Positions 22,720 to 32,597 of a stretch of DNA of 64,000 bases are shown in pieces. The position numbers were made by a program, and so were the translations under genes. Within the stretch, counting starts at the first letter, position 1. Each line of letters starts with the position of its first letter. The notes under the pieces were generated by a model. The model was not told where the DNA came from. It was given only the letters and a program-made list of their open reading frames with translations, and searched no databases. This stretch comes from an uncultured delta proteobacterium (GTDB lineage: Bacteria; Desulfobacterota; Binatia; Binatales; Binataceae), in NCBI GenBank assembly GCA_963724765.1, contig CAVRVY010000001.1, positions 640,001 to 704,000 of the forward strand, read 5' to 3'.

Positions 22720-22753
22720 GCCCACGAGACCCGCACACTCCTACCCGGAAAGA

Positions 22754-22990
22754 CTATCGTCCGCGCGATTGCGTTGCGGCTTTCTTGATCAAGGTCGCAG
22801 CCTTCGCTGCATAATCGTCATTCTTGAAGCCGAATACCGCTGCATATCTGCGACCGACAACTTGGGCCATTAGAAAGCTTGCGCTAATGCCGGCATTGCC
22901 TATCGCTTTGGCGAGCGCATAGCCCAGTCCCTGCCGATTGTCGCCCTCGACAAGCAGCACCGGAACGGGTGACGGGGCGAACCCGGAGCT
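22754..22990 (-). pseudogene. ACT-domain protein C-terminal fragment
   Basis: VLLVEGDNRQGLGYALAKAIGNAGISASFLMAQVVGRRYAAVFGF. Confidence 0.65.
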
Positions 22991-23119
22991 GTTAGCAGTG
23001 AGTGCTCTAAACCGACATTCCCGACGGTCAGCAAATCTCGGGAAATCCCGCACAACCGAATGAGGCCCCACACGCGAGCTATTTCGGCGCGTTGAGAGGC
23101 ACCGGAGATAGGGACTCGT

Positions 23120-23151
23120 TGGCCGAGCGGTGCGATTATAACCGTCGAGAC
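23120..23151 (-). repeat. degenerate tRNA-Ser 3'-end copy (att junction J2)
   Basis: GACTCGT-TGGCCGAGCGGTGCGATTATAACCGTCGAGAC; upstream GCTATTTCGGC also shared with J1. Confidence 0.6.
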
Positions 23152-23280
23152 GCCTCATTTCGCACATGCTTCCGCGCTCTCACGCGCATTTCTCCGGAGA
23201 GAAGTCTCGCAGGCAGAACGAGGTTGGCCGAAGGTCGTCGACTGTCAAGGTCAGCCCCGCTCCGGGGCCGTTTCCAAGGA

Positions 23281-23317
23281 CTGGCTATAGCCCGCGAAAC
23301 GAGCAATGTGTGTGTCC
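23281..23317 (+). promoter_or_regulatory. conserved promoter-like motif upstream of DUF2924 gene
   Basis: CTGGCT-N17-CAATGT followed by GTGTGTC; repeated at ~32050-32087. Confidence 0.55.
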
Positions 23318-23340
23318 ACCCGGAGAAGGAGCGGGTACGG

Positions 23341-23817
23341 ATGAAATGCTCGTTATCGAACATCGAGGGCCTCTCGGCGCAAATCGAAAATCTCGGGAAC
23401 CTCGGCCCTGAAGACTTGGACCTAACCTGGCGTGATCTGTTCGGATCCGATCGACCGCGCAGGGTTTGCGGCGATCTGCTGATCAAAGCACTCGGGTATC
23501 GGTTGCAGGAAAATGCAATCGGCGGCCTCAAACCTTCCACTCGCCGCCTGCTCGAGCGCTGGGGCAGAAACGGGTCGGAGCGAGGCCCATTGGCTGAGCC
23601 AGCCAGAACTCGACTGAAGGCGGGAACCGTCCTGGTTCGGGAATGGCACGGAGTCACTCATCGTGTGACCGTGCTGGACGACGGCTTTGACTTCCACGGT
23701 GAACGGTTCCGCTCGCTTTCGGAGATAGCGCGAAAGATCACGGGTGTCCGCTGGTCCGGTCCGCTCTTCTTCGGTCTGAAATCGTCGGCCAAGGAGCAGC
23801 GCCATGGAGCAGAGTAA
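23341..23817 (+). CDS. DUF2924-domain protein
   Basis: LGYRLQE..IGGL, GTVLVREWHGVTHRVTV, FRSLSEIARKITGVRWSGPLFFGL. Confidence 0.9.
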   Translation: MKCSLSNIEGLSAQIENLGNLGPEDLDLTWRDLFGSDRPRRVCGDLLIKALGYRLQENAIGGLKPSTRRLLERWGRNGSERGPLAEPARTRLKAGTVLVREWHGVTHRVTVLDDGFDFHGERFRSLSEIARKITGVRWSGPLFFGLKSSAKEQRHGAE

Positions 23818-25498
23818 GCCCAGGATTCGGCGCTGCGCCGTCTACACCCGCAAATCATCAGAGGAAGGCCTCGAGCAAGAGTTCAACTCGCTGCATGCCC
23901 AGCGCGAGGCCTGCGAAGCCTTCATCAAAAGCCAAGCCGGCGAGGGCTGGCGTTTAGTCAGGAACCATTACGATGATGGCGGCCTCTCCGGCGCCACCAT
24001 GGAACGGCCAGCGCTGCGACGACTTATGGCCGATATCGATAAGGGGCTGGTTGATGCGGTCGTCGTTTACAAGGTTGACCGGCTCACGCGCTCGCTGGCG
24101 GATTTCGCCAAGATGGTCGAGGTCTTCGATGCCCGCGGCGTCTCGTTCGTCGCCGTGACCCAACAGTTCAATACCACCACTTCGATGGGCCGCCTTACAT
24201 TGAACGTCTTGCTCTCGTTCGCGCAGTTCGAACGGGAGGTGACCGGGGAGCGCATCCGCGACAAGATCGCCGCCTCTAAGCGCAAGGGCATCTGGATGGG
24301 CGGCCTAGTGCCGCTCGGGTACGAGGTACGCGACCGCCAGCTGGTCATAAACGAAGCCGAAGCCACGACCGTGAGACACATCTTCACGCTCTATTGTGAG
24401 CTCGGTAGCGTGCGGCTGCTCAAGAACGAACTCGACCGACTTGGCGTCCGCTCGAAGATCCGCGTCTCCAAAGATGGAGTCGAGTCGGGTGGTCAGGCGT
24501 TCTCACGCGGGGCGCTTTATACGTTGCTGAGAAACCCAATCTATGTGGGTGAGATCCGTCACAAGGGCGTCTGCCATCCGGGCCAGCATGTGCCCATAGT
24601 CAACCGTGCTATGTGGGAGAAGGTTGCGCAACTGCTGCGCGGGCACAGCACCGGTTGCGGCCCACGAAGCTCAAGTACGAAGTCATGTGTGCTCATTGGC
24701 AAACTCTTCGACGAGAGCGGTGAGGGCCTGACGCCGAGCCATGCGGTGAAAGGCGACCGCCGCTATCGCTACTACGTTTCGCGCAGCTTGATGAAGGGAC
24801 CCGCCGCTCGCGTGGATGGCGGCTGGCGCCTGCCCGCCGCAGAGATCGAGCGCAGCATCGCGGCCGGTGCCCAAAGCATTCTCGATGATCAGCAGACGGT
24901 GATTTCCGCAGTTGAAGAGGCCGGGCTCGACTCGAGCCGGATCGCTCCGCTTCTCAAATCGGTTGCAGTATGGAGTGCGCGTCTGCGGTTTGAGCAAGAT
25001 AATGCGCTGTCATCGCTAATCGACCGGGTCGACCTTGACCAGGAGGGCCTGCGGCTTTCGATCAGACTCCCGCTCTCCAACGCCGAGAGCGGAGCACCAG
25101 ATGGTTCGAGTCATCTTTTAATCAAGCGTCACGTACCCATGCAGATCAGGCGGCGAGGGGTTGAGCTTCGACTCGTAATCAACGGCGGGGCGAGAGCGTC
25201 TTGCAAAACCGATCAGTCGCTGCTCAGAGCGGTGGCGCGAGCACACTGCTGGTTCGACGATCTCGTGAGTGGCCAATGCGGATCGATGGTCGAGATCGCC
25301 AAGTGCAACGGAGTCGGCAAGCAATACGTCAGCCGGCTTATACGTCTGGCGTTTCTCGCACCCGAGATGGTGGAGCGGATTGCGGCAGGCCGCCAACCGC
25401 CTGAGCTTACCGCGCAAAGTTTGCAGGCCGGCCGTTTCGATATTCCAGTGGACTGGGCGGCGCAAAAGCGAGCCCTCGGATTTTCGCAGCCGGCCTGA
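23804..25498 (+). CDS. large serine recombinase (resolvase plus recombinase domains)
   Basis: CAVYTRKSSEE (catalytic Ser), VVYKVDRLTRS, SFAQFERE, GG.VPLGY, LRNPIYVG; overlaps the DUF2924 stop. Confidence 0.95.
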   Translation: MEQSKPRIRRCAVYTRKSSEEGLEQEFNSLHAQREACEAFIKSQAGEGWRLVRNHYDDGGLSGATMERPALRRLMADIDKGLVDAVVVYKVDRLTRSLADFAKMVEVFDARGVSFVAVTQQFNTTTSMGRLTLNVLLSFAQFEREVTGERIRDKIAASKRKGIWMGGLVPLGYEVRDRQLVINEAEATTVRHIFTLYCELGSVRLLKNELDRLGVRSKIRVSKDGVESGGQAFSRGALYTLLRNPIYVGEIRHKGVCHPGQHVPIVNRAMWEKVAQLLRGHSTGCGPRSSSTKSCVLIGKLFDESGEGLTPSHAVKGDRRYRYYVSRSLMKGPAARVDGGWRLPAAEIERSIAAGAQSILDDQQTVISAVEEAGLDSSRIAPLLKSVAVWSARLRFEQDNALSSLIDRVDLDQEGLRLSIRLPLSNAESGAPDGSSHLLIKRHVPMQIRRRGVELRLVINGGARASCKTDQSLLRAVARAHCWFDDLVSGQCGSMVEIAKCNGVGKQYVSRLIRLAFLAPEMVERIAAGRQPPELTAQSLQAGRFDIPVDWAAQKRALGFSQPA

Positions 25499-25730
25499 AC
25501 CCGCGCCTATCAACAGCGGACCGGCAACAACCCTTCTTTTGTTCAAAGTAAAAGCGCCGAATCCATCACGCTAAGTCCACCGCCAAAAGTGCAAACAGAG
25601 AGAAATCTTCAAAACTCGCGTTTGAACCCCGGCGAGACCGGTTCTCCGGTGGACTTTAGGTGCCGGATTCCGGCCAAATGCGCCTTTTTTCACGCAGGTG
25701 ATGAGAGAATCCCGAAAACTGAAGACTCGC

Positions 25731-25754
25731 TGGCGGAGCGGGTGGGATTCGAAC
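25731..25754 (-). repeat. tRNA-Ser 3'-end copy (att junction J3)
   Basis: TGGCGGAGCGGGTGGGATTCGAAC, 22/24 identical to 34570-34593. Confidence 0.85.
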
Positions 25755-26065
25755 TGACAGGCGACTTTGTAGTCGATCAGTAAGCCAGTTGAACACGTCA
25801 AACAGACGTCGCTAGCAGACGTTGCCAGAAAGCCTACAAATCCTTCGGGTTGCGACTCATGCTGGTAGCCGCGCGGTAGCGGCGCCGACTGGCTGCGCGC
25901 GGCGGAGATCCGGCGCTTCCTTATCCAGTGAGAGGGACCACAGCGGAAGTGTGCCTGGCCGAACACGATTACGTGATCGAGGCATTCGCGACGAATCGAT
26001 CCAATGACCCGCTCAGCATGGCCGTTCTGCCATCCTCGCCTGAATCGGTGAACGACGAGGCGTTC

Positions 26066-27125
26066 TCAGCTTTCCATGTCGGGCCGATACTCCTTTGGCC
26101 CAAGTCCGAATGTCCACGCGACGGCTTGGTGCGCGGTCCGCACCGTGGGCGGCACACACAAAAAATATCGGCGGCGGCTGCCATCCGGCTCAGGTGTGCC
26201 GTTGAGCACTTCGACCAGAGCTATGGGCTCGGTCCAGTGCGGATCCAGGCGGTAAAGACGCCCGAAGCGATCGGCTTGGACGGGCTTGAGCCTCGCCTTC
26301 CGGACAAAGCGCTCATAGCCCAACCGCTCCAGCATCGCGCGCCGGATGGCGAGGTCCGGCTCGCGGACGATCTCCTCGACGCTCAGGCTCCGTGGATTTG
26401 TCACCAGCCTCTCGGGTACGCGCACGCCGTGAATCGCCCAGATCGCCCACCCGTCAGGATAAGCAAGCGCGGGTCCGCGCTCACAATGAAGGCGATTCTC
26501 AGGATCGCGCTCTAAGATAGATGGTGCTGAAGTAACGATGGCGACGCTGCCGAAGGACCACCACCAGCCGGCGCCAGCGCGCGCCAGTTCCATCCACTGA
26601 AGCACTGGCGATAATTCCCTCAATGCCGATGCGTGAGAAAAAGTCGCAACTGGCAAGCCACGGCGCATCGTGCAAACCGAATGCGGCATCGCCGAGGTTA
26701 AAAAATAAGTGCGGGAGCTCGCTTAGCAGGCGCGCCTGAATCTGATCGCGCAGCTGACGTCGAACCTGTTGCCGGACTTCCTGGTGGATGCGGGCCCGCA
26801 CCTCATCGCGCACCCTAGCTCGTACAGCACGGGAGACCTGCTGCCGCACGCGCCTTCTGACTGCATCCCGGAGGTGATGAGGCTTGAACATAACCCCCGC
26901 AGTCGTGCTGGCGGCTGCAAGCAGCCCTTCGTGGGGAGAATCAAAGGTGATAACTGAGTCCGGAGGTTGAAAACCGAGCGCAGAGTATAGTTCGGGCACG
27001 ATCCGCCTCACCGCCGGCCACTCCGTGCGTGTTGCGAGGCCGACCCGAAGCCACTCCTCGCGCACGACCGCCAGGAGCGCCAGCTGCTCCCCCGTCAGCG
27101 ATTTGAGTTTCTTTCTAATCCACAA
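26066..27125 (-). pseudogene. DUF6745-domain protein, frameshifted near 26610
   Basis: LTGEQ...W, V..QV repeats, G.HDAPWL; C-terminal GWWW, RLHCERGPAL.YPDGW...HGVRVP, VEVLNGTPEPDGSRRRYFLCVPP...AVAWTFGL...Y.P. Confidence 0.8.
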
Positions 27126-27438
27126 CGTAGCGATCCTGTCGCGGTTCGTATTCGCGTTGCCTGATGACCTCATAGACGCCTTTGGGCAGGCTTATGGGTG
27201 AGTGTTCCTGATGCTCCAGCAGGCCCTGCTCGTCGAGGAGCAGGTAGCAGACTCCGGGTCTAGAACCCTCGAACAATCGTCCCACCCGCGCATCGATTGA
27301 ATGGTTGTGGCCGGTCGCCTCGCCCCGCGCGAGGATGATGCGTTCGTTCTCAGCAGCGAGCTCGCCGCCGCGGCGGGCGAAATCCCTCGGACCAACCTCA
27401 CGGATCAGCACGTCTCCCTGCCTGTAGATCCTGCGCAT
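27115..27438 (-). CDS. small His-rich conserved protein (usual DUF6745 partner)
   Basis: YRQGDVL, LARGEATGHNH, LEHQEH..I.LP.G.Y...RQREY; RBS GGAAGGAG. Confidence 0.85.
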   Translation of the reverse strand: MRRIYRQGDVLIREVGPRDFARRGGELAAENERIILARGEATGHNHSIDARVGRLFEGSRPGVCYLLLDEQGLLEHQEHSPISLPKGVYEVIRQREYEPRQDRYVVD

Positions 27439-27995
27439 ACGATCTCTCCTTCCGTATTCTTGTGGCGCTCCCAAAATTTTCTGACATTTTCGCTTGTCAT
27501 CGGATCGACGGTGAGCCAGGCAACTACGTATCCTGATCTGCTTAAGCCCACAAATTTCAGCCTGTCCGCGCCGCCCTTCGCCGCGGTGGAAACCGAACAG
27601 ATACGTTGACCGACCAGTGACAGAACTCATCAGCTCTGCCCCGTCCAGCTCGAGCGGGGTCTCACTGAAGGAGCGGTAGTTGAGGGTGCGGATCGATATC
27701 GCTTCCACGCTGGAGCAAGCCCGCCCAAGACCCCGCCACTCCGCGGCCTCTCGTTCACGGAGCACGCGCTGGCGCGCGGACCGTAGCCGAAGGCGCCGCT
27801 TGGCCATATCGCAATCTGAATGAACGCGTGGGACGGCGGCGCGGCCCTTGGACAAAGGGACGACACCTCGCCTGTGGTTTATCTGCCCACACGCCGCTGC
27901 CAGTCGTTGAGCGGCTCCATTGATGGTGGGAAGCGTCGGCACTTCTTGCCCCCCGTGAGCCCGCCGGTTTATTAGTGAGGAATGATGACCTTCTA

Positions 27996-29077
27996 TTAAG
28001 TTCTGTATAATATAGTGACAAATGCTCTGGTCGGTGCTAATATGTGGCGCATGGGTAATCCAGCGGGTGTGCGGCGGGATTTCGCTGCGTTGGAAGAGCG
28101 GCGGATGGAGGCGGCGCGATTACTGCGACAAGGGCTTAGCCAGTCCGAGGTCGCGCGAGAGTTGGGCGTACACCGCCAGTCGGTTAGCCGCTGGGCGCGG
28201 GAACTTGGAGCATCGGGAGTGCGCGGCCTGCGCAAGGCCGGACGCACCGGGCGTCCAGCGAAGCTCATCCCGGCCCAGTTGCGCGACCTCGAGCGCGCAC
28301 TCAAGCGCGGACCCGAGGCGTTCGGATTTGCCAGCGGACTGTGGACCGCGAGTCGGGTGCGCGATCTCATCGAGTACCGGACCGGGGTGCGATACCACGA
28401 GGACCACGTCTGGCGCATCCTGCGCAAGCTTAACTGGACCTGCCAGCGTCCCACTGGAAAAGCGCTCGAGCGCGACGAGCAGGCAATCCGGCAGTGGAAG
28501 AAGTACCGCTGGCCGCAGATTAAAAAAAAGCGCTCTGCGAGCGGCGCACCATCGTGTTCATCGACGAAAGCGGACTGAGCGAACGGCCGCATCGGGTGCG
28601 GACCTGGGCGCCGCGCGGGCAGACTCCGGTGCTGCAGTATCACTTCAACTGGAAGGTGCTGTCGGCCACAGCCGGCATCACCTGGTGGAACTTTTACTTC
28701 CGGCTCTATCCCACAACCATCCGCGCCCCTCAGGTGGTGGACTTCCTCGGCCACCTGTTGCGTCATCTGCCGGGGAAGCTGTTGGTGGTGTGGGACGGAC
28801 TGCCGGCGCATCGGGCGCGCTTGGTAACCGAATTTATCCGCGCGCAGCGTGGCCGGCTGGCGCTCGAGTGGCTGCCGGGTTACGCGCCGGAACTCAACCC
28901 GGTGGAGTACATCTGGGGTTACTGGAAACACCACGAACTGCCCAACTTCTGTCCCCGCGATTTCACCCAGCTCAGCCATCAGGCCCGCCGCGCGCTGCGC
29001 CGCATGCGTCGGCGCCCACGCTTGGTGAGATCCTTCTGGCATCAAGCAAAACTGTCACTATAAAATGCAGGACTTAA
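27996..29077 (+). mobile_element. IS630-family element, apparently intact (orfA 28042-28578, orfB to 29063 via -1 frameshift)
   Basis: IRs TTAAGTTCTGTATAATATAGTGACA / TGTCACTATAAAATGCAGGACTTAA; TA on both sides; A8G at 28522-28530; IDESG, WDG, PGYAPELNPVE. Confidence 0.93.
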
Positions 29078-29266
29078 TAATACTCCTTTAAACTGCACTG
29101 TCAAACATGCTGACGCCAACCAGAACTCGCCGCATGAATCATTCCTTCCTTGGTCTTCAGCTAAGCATGAAGGGCGCTGATTTGAAGCGTAGGATTGGCA
29201 ACAAAGCGATGGCGTTTTGCGTAGCAGGGCGCATTTCCGGTAAGTGCGGATGTCGAGGTGTCAACG

Positions 29267-30496
29267 ATGGGGTCATTGCTCATTCACGATTGCACACTAA
29301 TCGATTGCACCGGACGCGACCCGCGGACGCACGCCTGGGTGCGTGTCGAGGGCGAGCGCATCGCTGGCATCGGCAGCGGCGCTCCACCGCAGGTTGATGG
29401 CGTCATCGAAATCGAAGCGGCCGGACGCGTGTTGATGCCCGGACTGATCGATGCGCACGCGCATCTGAGCATCATCGGCAACATCACCGAGCAGAGCCGC
29501 GGATCGCTGCCGGTTCGCTTCCTCAAGATCGCCCGCGAGATTGAGGAAACGCTGGCTGACGGCTTTACCACCGTGCGCGACGCCGGCGGCCTGGATTGGG
29601 GCTACAAGGAGGCGATTCGACAAGGCCTGCTGCATGGTCCGCGGCTCTTCGTCAGCAACGGTGTGCTCTCACAGACGGGCGGCCATGGCGACCTGCGTCC
29701 ACGCACGATGGCGGATCCGGAATCGCAGACGCCGGGCCTCTGGTCGATCGGGATTGTTGTTGACGGTCCCGACCATGTGCGCTGGGGCGCCCGAGAGATG
29801 CTCCGGCGCGGCGCCGATCAGATCAAGGTGATGGCGAACGGCGGATGCGTTTCGCCGACTGACGAGCTTACCTCGGTTCAGTTCACGGTTGCGGAATTGC
29901 GCGCCGCGGTCGAGGAAGCGGCGGCGCAAGGTAAATACGTGATGGCCCACACCTACACCGCCGCGAGCATGACGAACTGCCTCGACGCCGGGGTGCGCAC
30001 ACTGGAACACGGAAATTTCATCTCGAGTGAGGTCGCCGAACGAATGGCGCGGGGTGGAACGTTCCTGGTGCCGACGATCGCGACTTACGAATTGCTCGCC
30101 GCCGATGGGCGCTCGCTCGGCTATCCCGAATACGTGATTCAAAAGATCGAACACGCGTTGAAGGGCGCCTATGAGGCCCTCTCAATCGCGCGCCAGGCCG
30201 GCGTCAGGATTGGCTCGGGTTCCGACGTCCTGGGCGCGCAGCAGCGCAAGAAGGCCTTTGAACTGGGATACAAGGGCAAAGTCATGTCGCCGATGGAAGT
30301 GCTGATCGCGACGACGATGACCAACGCCGAGATCGTTGGTGCGCAGAACGACCTCGGCAGCATCGAGACCGGAAAGTTGGCCGATCTGCTGTTGGTCGAT
30401 GGCAACCCACTGGACGACCTGTCGGTCCTCGCGGACCGCGCGCGCATCCACATGGTGATCCAGGGCGGAACAATCGTCGCCGACCGCCGCCCGTGA
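29267..30496 (+). CDS. metal-dependent amidohydrolase (Xaa-Pro dipeptidase-like)
   Basis: MPGLIDAHAH, GFTTVRDAGG, GADQIK, MAH, LEHG, GSD, GKLADLL. Confidence 0.92.
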   Translation: MGSLLIHDCTLIDCTGRDPRTHAWVRVEGERIAGIGSGAPPQVDGVIEIEAAGRVLMPGLIDAHAHLSIIGNITEQSRGSLPVRFLKIAREIEETLADGFTTVRDAGGLDWGYKEAIRQGLLHGPRLFVSNGVLSQTGGHGDLRPRTMADPESQTPGLWSIGIVVDGPDHVRWGAREMLRRGADQIKVMANGGCVSPTDELTSVQFTVAELRAAVEEAAAQGKYVMAHTYTAASMTNCLDAGVRTLEHGNFISSEVAERMARGGTFLVPTIATYELLAADGRSLGYPEYVIQKIEHALKGAYEALSIARQAGVRIGSGSDVLGAQQRKKAFELGYKGKVMSPMEVLIATTMTNAEIVGAQNDLGSIETGKLADLLLVDGNPLDDLSVLADRARIHMVIQGGTIVADRRP

Positions 30497-30755
30497 AGCC
30501 TGCGGATAGCAGAGTGGTCGTCCACATACTGGACGCTCTGGCGCGCTGAACAGGACTTCGGACCGCGAAGCGCGTTCGCGGCAGCGCGTGCCACTCACTG
30601 GAATACTTGGGGCGGGGCCCGGCGCTAAGCGGCGTGCTTTTTGAGGAGAGCGCAACGATCGCATGTATCGAGTACGGTGTTAGGCCCGCGATGGGAAGGC
30701 ACGCTCGGAGAAGCCTTCGCGGCGTTGGTCTCCGAGATTCAGGCGATCGATGGCT

Positions 30756-31523
30756 TCATCTCCATGGACGACTTTCAGAGCCAGACGCGGCCCCAGCCGG
30801 GAGAATTTTAGATTCGTGCATGCCGACATAGAGGCCTCGGCCCATCAAGCCCTCAGAGTCGTACCGCACTTCCATACCGTTAAACTCGAACGCCCACGTC
30901 ATCTCGTCGCGCGTGAACAAACCCAATTCGATACGCTCGCTGCAGTGCTCGACGCTATCCGGCTTGCTTCGCAGGTAGTCATACAGGAGAAGCGACAGCT
31001 GTCCTTCCCTGAGGCTGATGCTCCTGCGGAATACCTTGTCGGCTCCGACCTCGCCAGCGAGGATGAACGGCCTGGCGGGACGCCACTGCTCGGGGGTGAA
31101 CCATGGCTCGATGATCAACGCACCGCCGGGTCTTACATGACGCACCATGCAGGCGATCGCACGCTCGAGGCGCTCGAAGGTCTTGACGATACCGATCGCG
31201 CTGAACAGACAGGTGACCACGTCGTAAATGCGCCCGAGATCGAAGTCCATCATGTCGGCACGGGTATAGTTGCCCGAGGGGTTCTTCAGCCGCGCAGCGA
31301 GTAGATAGTTCTCGTTGATGTCGATGCCGTCGACCGCGTAGTGGTGCTTGAGGAATTTCGCGTGCGTGCCGGTGCCGCACGCAACATCGAGGATCGTGCG
31401 CGCGCCAGGTACAACCTCATTGATCAGGCTGCGCAGGCGGTCACATTCACGCGCGTAATCCTTGAAATGATAGATCGCGTCGTAAAGCTCCGGGCTGTCT
31501 ATGAACATGTGGGTACGCGGCAC
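30756..31523 (-). CDS. class I SAM-dependent methyltransferase (TylM1/DesVI-like)
   Basis: YDAIY..KDYARE, LDVACGTG, DVVTCLFSAI, PGG.LIIEPW. Confidence 0.9.
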   Translation of the reverse strand: MPRTHMFIDSPELYDAIYHFKDYARECDRLRSLINEVVPGARTILDVACGTGTHAKFLKHHYAVDGIDINENYLLAARLKNPSGNYTRADMMDFDLGRIYDVVTCLFSAIGIVKTFERLERAIACMVRHVRPGGALIIEPWFTPEQWRPARPFILAGEVGADKVFRRSISLREGQLSLLLYDYLRSKPDSVEHCSERIELGLFTRDEMTWAFEFNGMEVRYDSEGLMGRGLYVGMHESKILPAGAASGSESRPWR

Positions 31524-31597
31524 GTGTTTGCACCCTCATCCTGACGTCGTTTGATCAGTGAAGAGAGTAAATCAGGTGACAGGTGACGCGTACAACT

Positions 31598-31901
31598 CGC
31601 CCCAGGAACCTGCGCAAGAGACCCAGCCTTTCGCCGCCAGGGCTTGGACGCGGAAATGACTTTGCGGATCTCTTGCTCAACCGCAGCAAGCTGTTCCTTG
31701 AGCGCTCGCAGGTGCGCGTTGATCAATGTGCGTCTTGGGTGCGCGATCTCTCCGGTTCGATTCGGCGGTCATTATCTCGATCAACTGACGATGGCGGGTG
31801 AACAGCGCGGAGAGTTCGCGGGAAGCGGCGTCGGGCAATGGTCGCGGCTCCGGCCGCATCACCTCGGCAAAGTGCGCCAGCACTTCCGCGTCGATCCCGT
31901 C
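31598..31901 (-). mobile_element. IS110-family transposase internal fragment
   Basis: D.IDAEVLAHFAEVMRPEPRPLPD...RHRQL..MTAE.NR; INAHL...LAQVPG. Confidence 0.75.
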
Positions 31902-32114
31902 AACCTGCGGCTTGCCAGAGCAAATCGCCTTCCGGTCCTCGACCCGGTTTCTCGGGGGACGCTGCCCGGGTCGCGGAGATCGACCCGATTAGCCTTCGCA
32001 TCGCCTTCCGTTCGCCTGAAGGGCACGATGCCAGCAGCGCGGAAAATGACTGGCTGCGCGCCGGGAAACGAGCAATGTGTGTGTGTCTATCTTCTGAAGG
32101 GAGCGATCAGCGGA

Positions 32115-32597
32115 ATGACACATGGGTTGGCCGAAACCGGGCCGGAAAAACTTGCCCAGGATTTGAAGGATCTGGGAACGCGAGGCGACGACGAGCTAAA
32201 AGAACGCTGGCGCAACTTGTACGAGACGGAGCCGCCCGGCAAAATTCATCGCTCTCTGCTGATCCCGGCAATCGCGTATCGAATGCAGCAGAATGCTCTG
32301 GGCGCGCTCAAGGCTTCGATCCGCCGTCACCTAATGCGCGTCGGCAGAAACACAGCGGATGGCCGACAAGCACCGGGTTATCCGAGTCTCAGTCCTAAAC
32401 CGGGAACTGTGTTGGTACGCGACTGGGGCGGAGTCACCCATCAGGTGAAGGTGCTCGAATCCGGGGTCCTATTTCGTGGCAAACGATACAAATCACTTTC
32501 CGAGGTCGCGCGTCTCATCACCGGCGCGCGTTGGTCGGGACCACTGTTCTTCGGCCTCAAATCCGCAGCCAAGGAGCAAAGTCATGGAACCCGGTAG
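32115..32597 (+). CDS. DUF2924-domain protein
   Basis: IAYRMQ, PGTVLVRDWGGVTHQV, YKSLSEVARLITGARWSGPLFFGL. Confidence 0.9.
   Translation: MTHGLAETGPEKLAQDLKDLGTRGDDELKERWRNLYETEPPGKIHRSLLIPAIAYRMQQNALGALKASIRRHLMRVGRNTADGRQAPGYPSLSPKPGTVLVRDWGGVTHQVKVLESGVLFRGKRYKSLSEVARLITGARWSGPLFFGLKSAAKEQSHGTR

Noticed and set aside
23092-23340. Long N-terminal extensions of the DUF2924 ORFs (also 31644-32114)
   Set aside because: They run through att, promoter or IS110 remnant DNA; downstream ATGs match the homologous start.
27996-29077. 349-aa antisense and 351-aa alternative-frame ORFs over IS630
   Set aside because: Shadow ORFs expected in high-GC DNA; transposase motifs are in the other frames.
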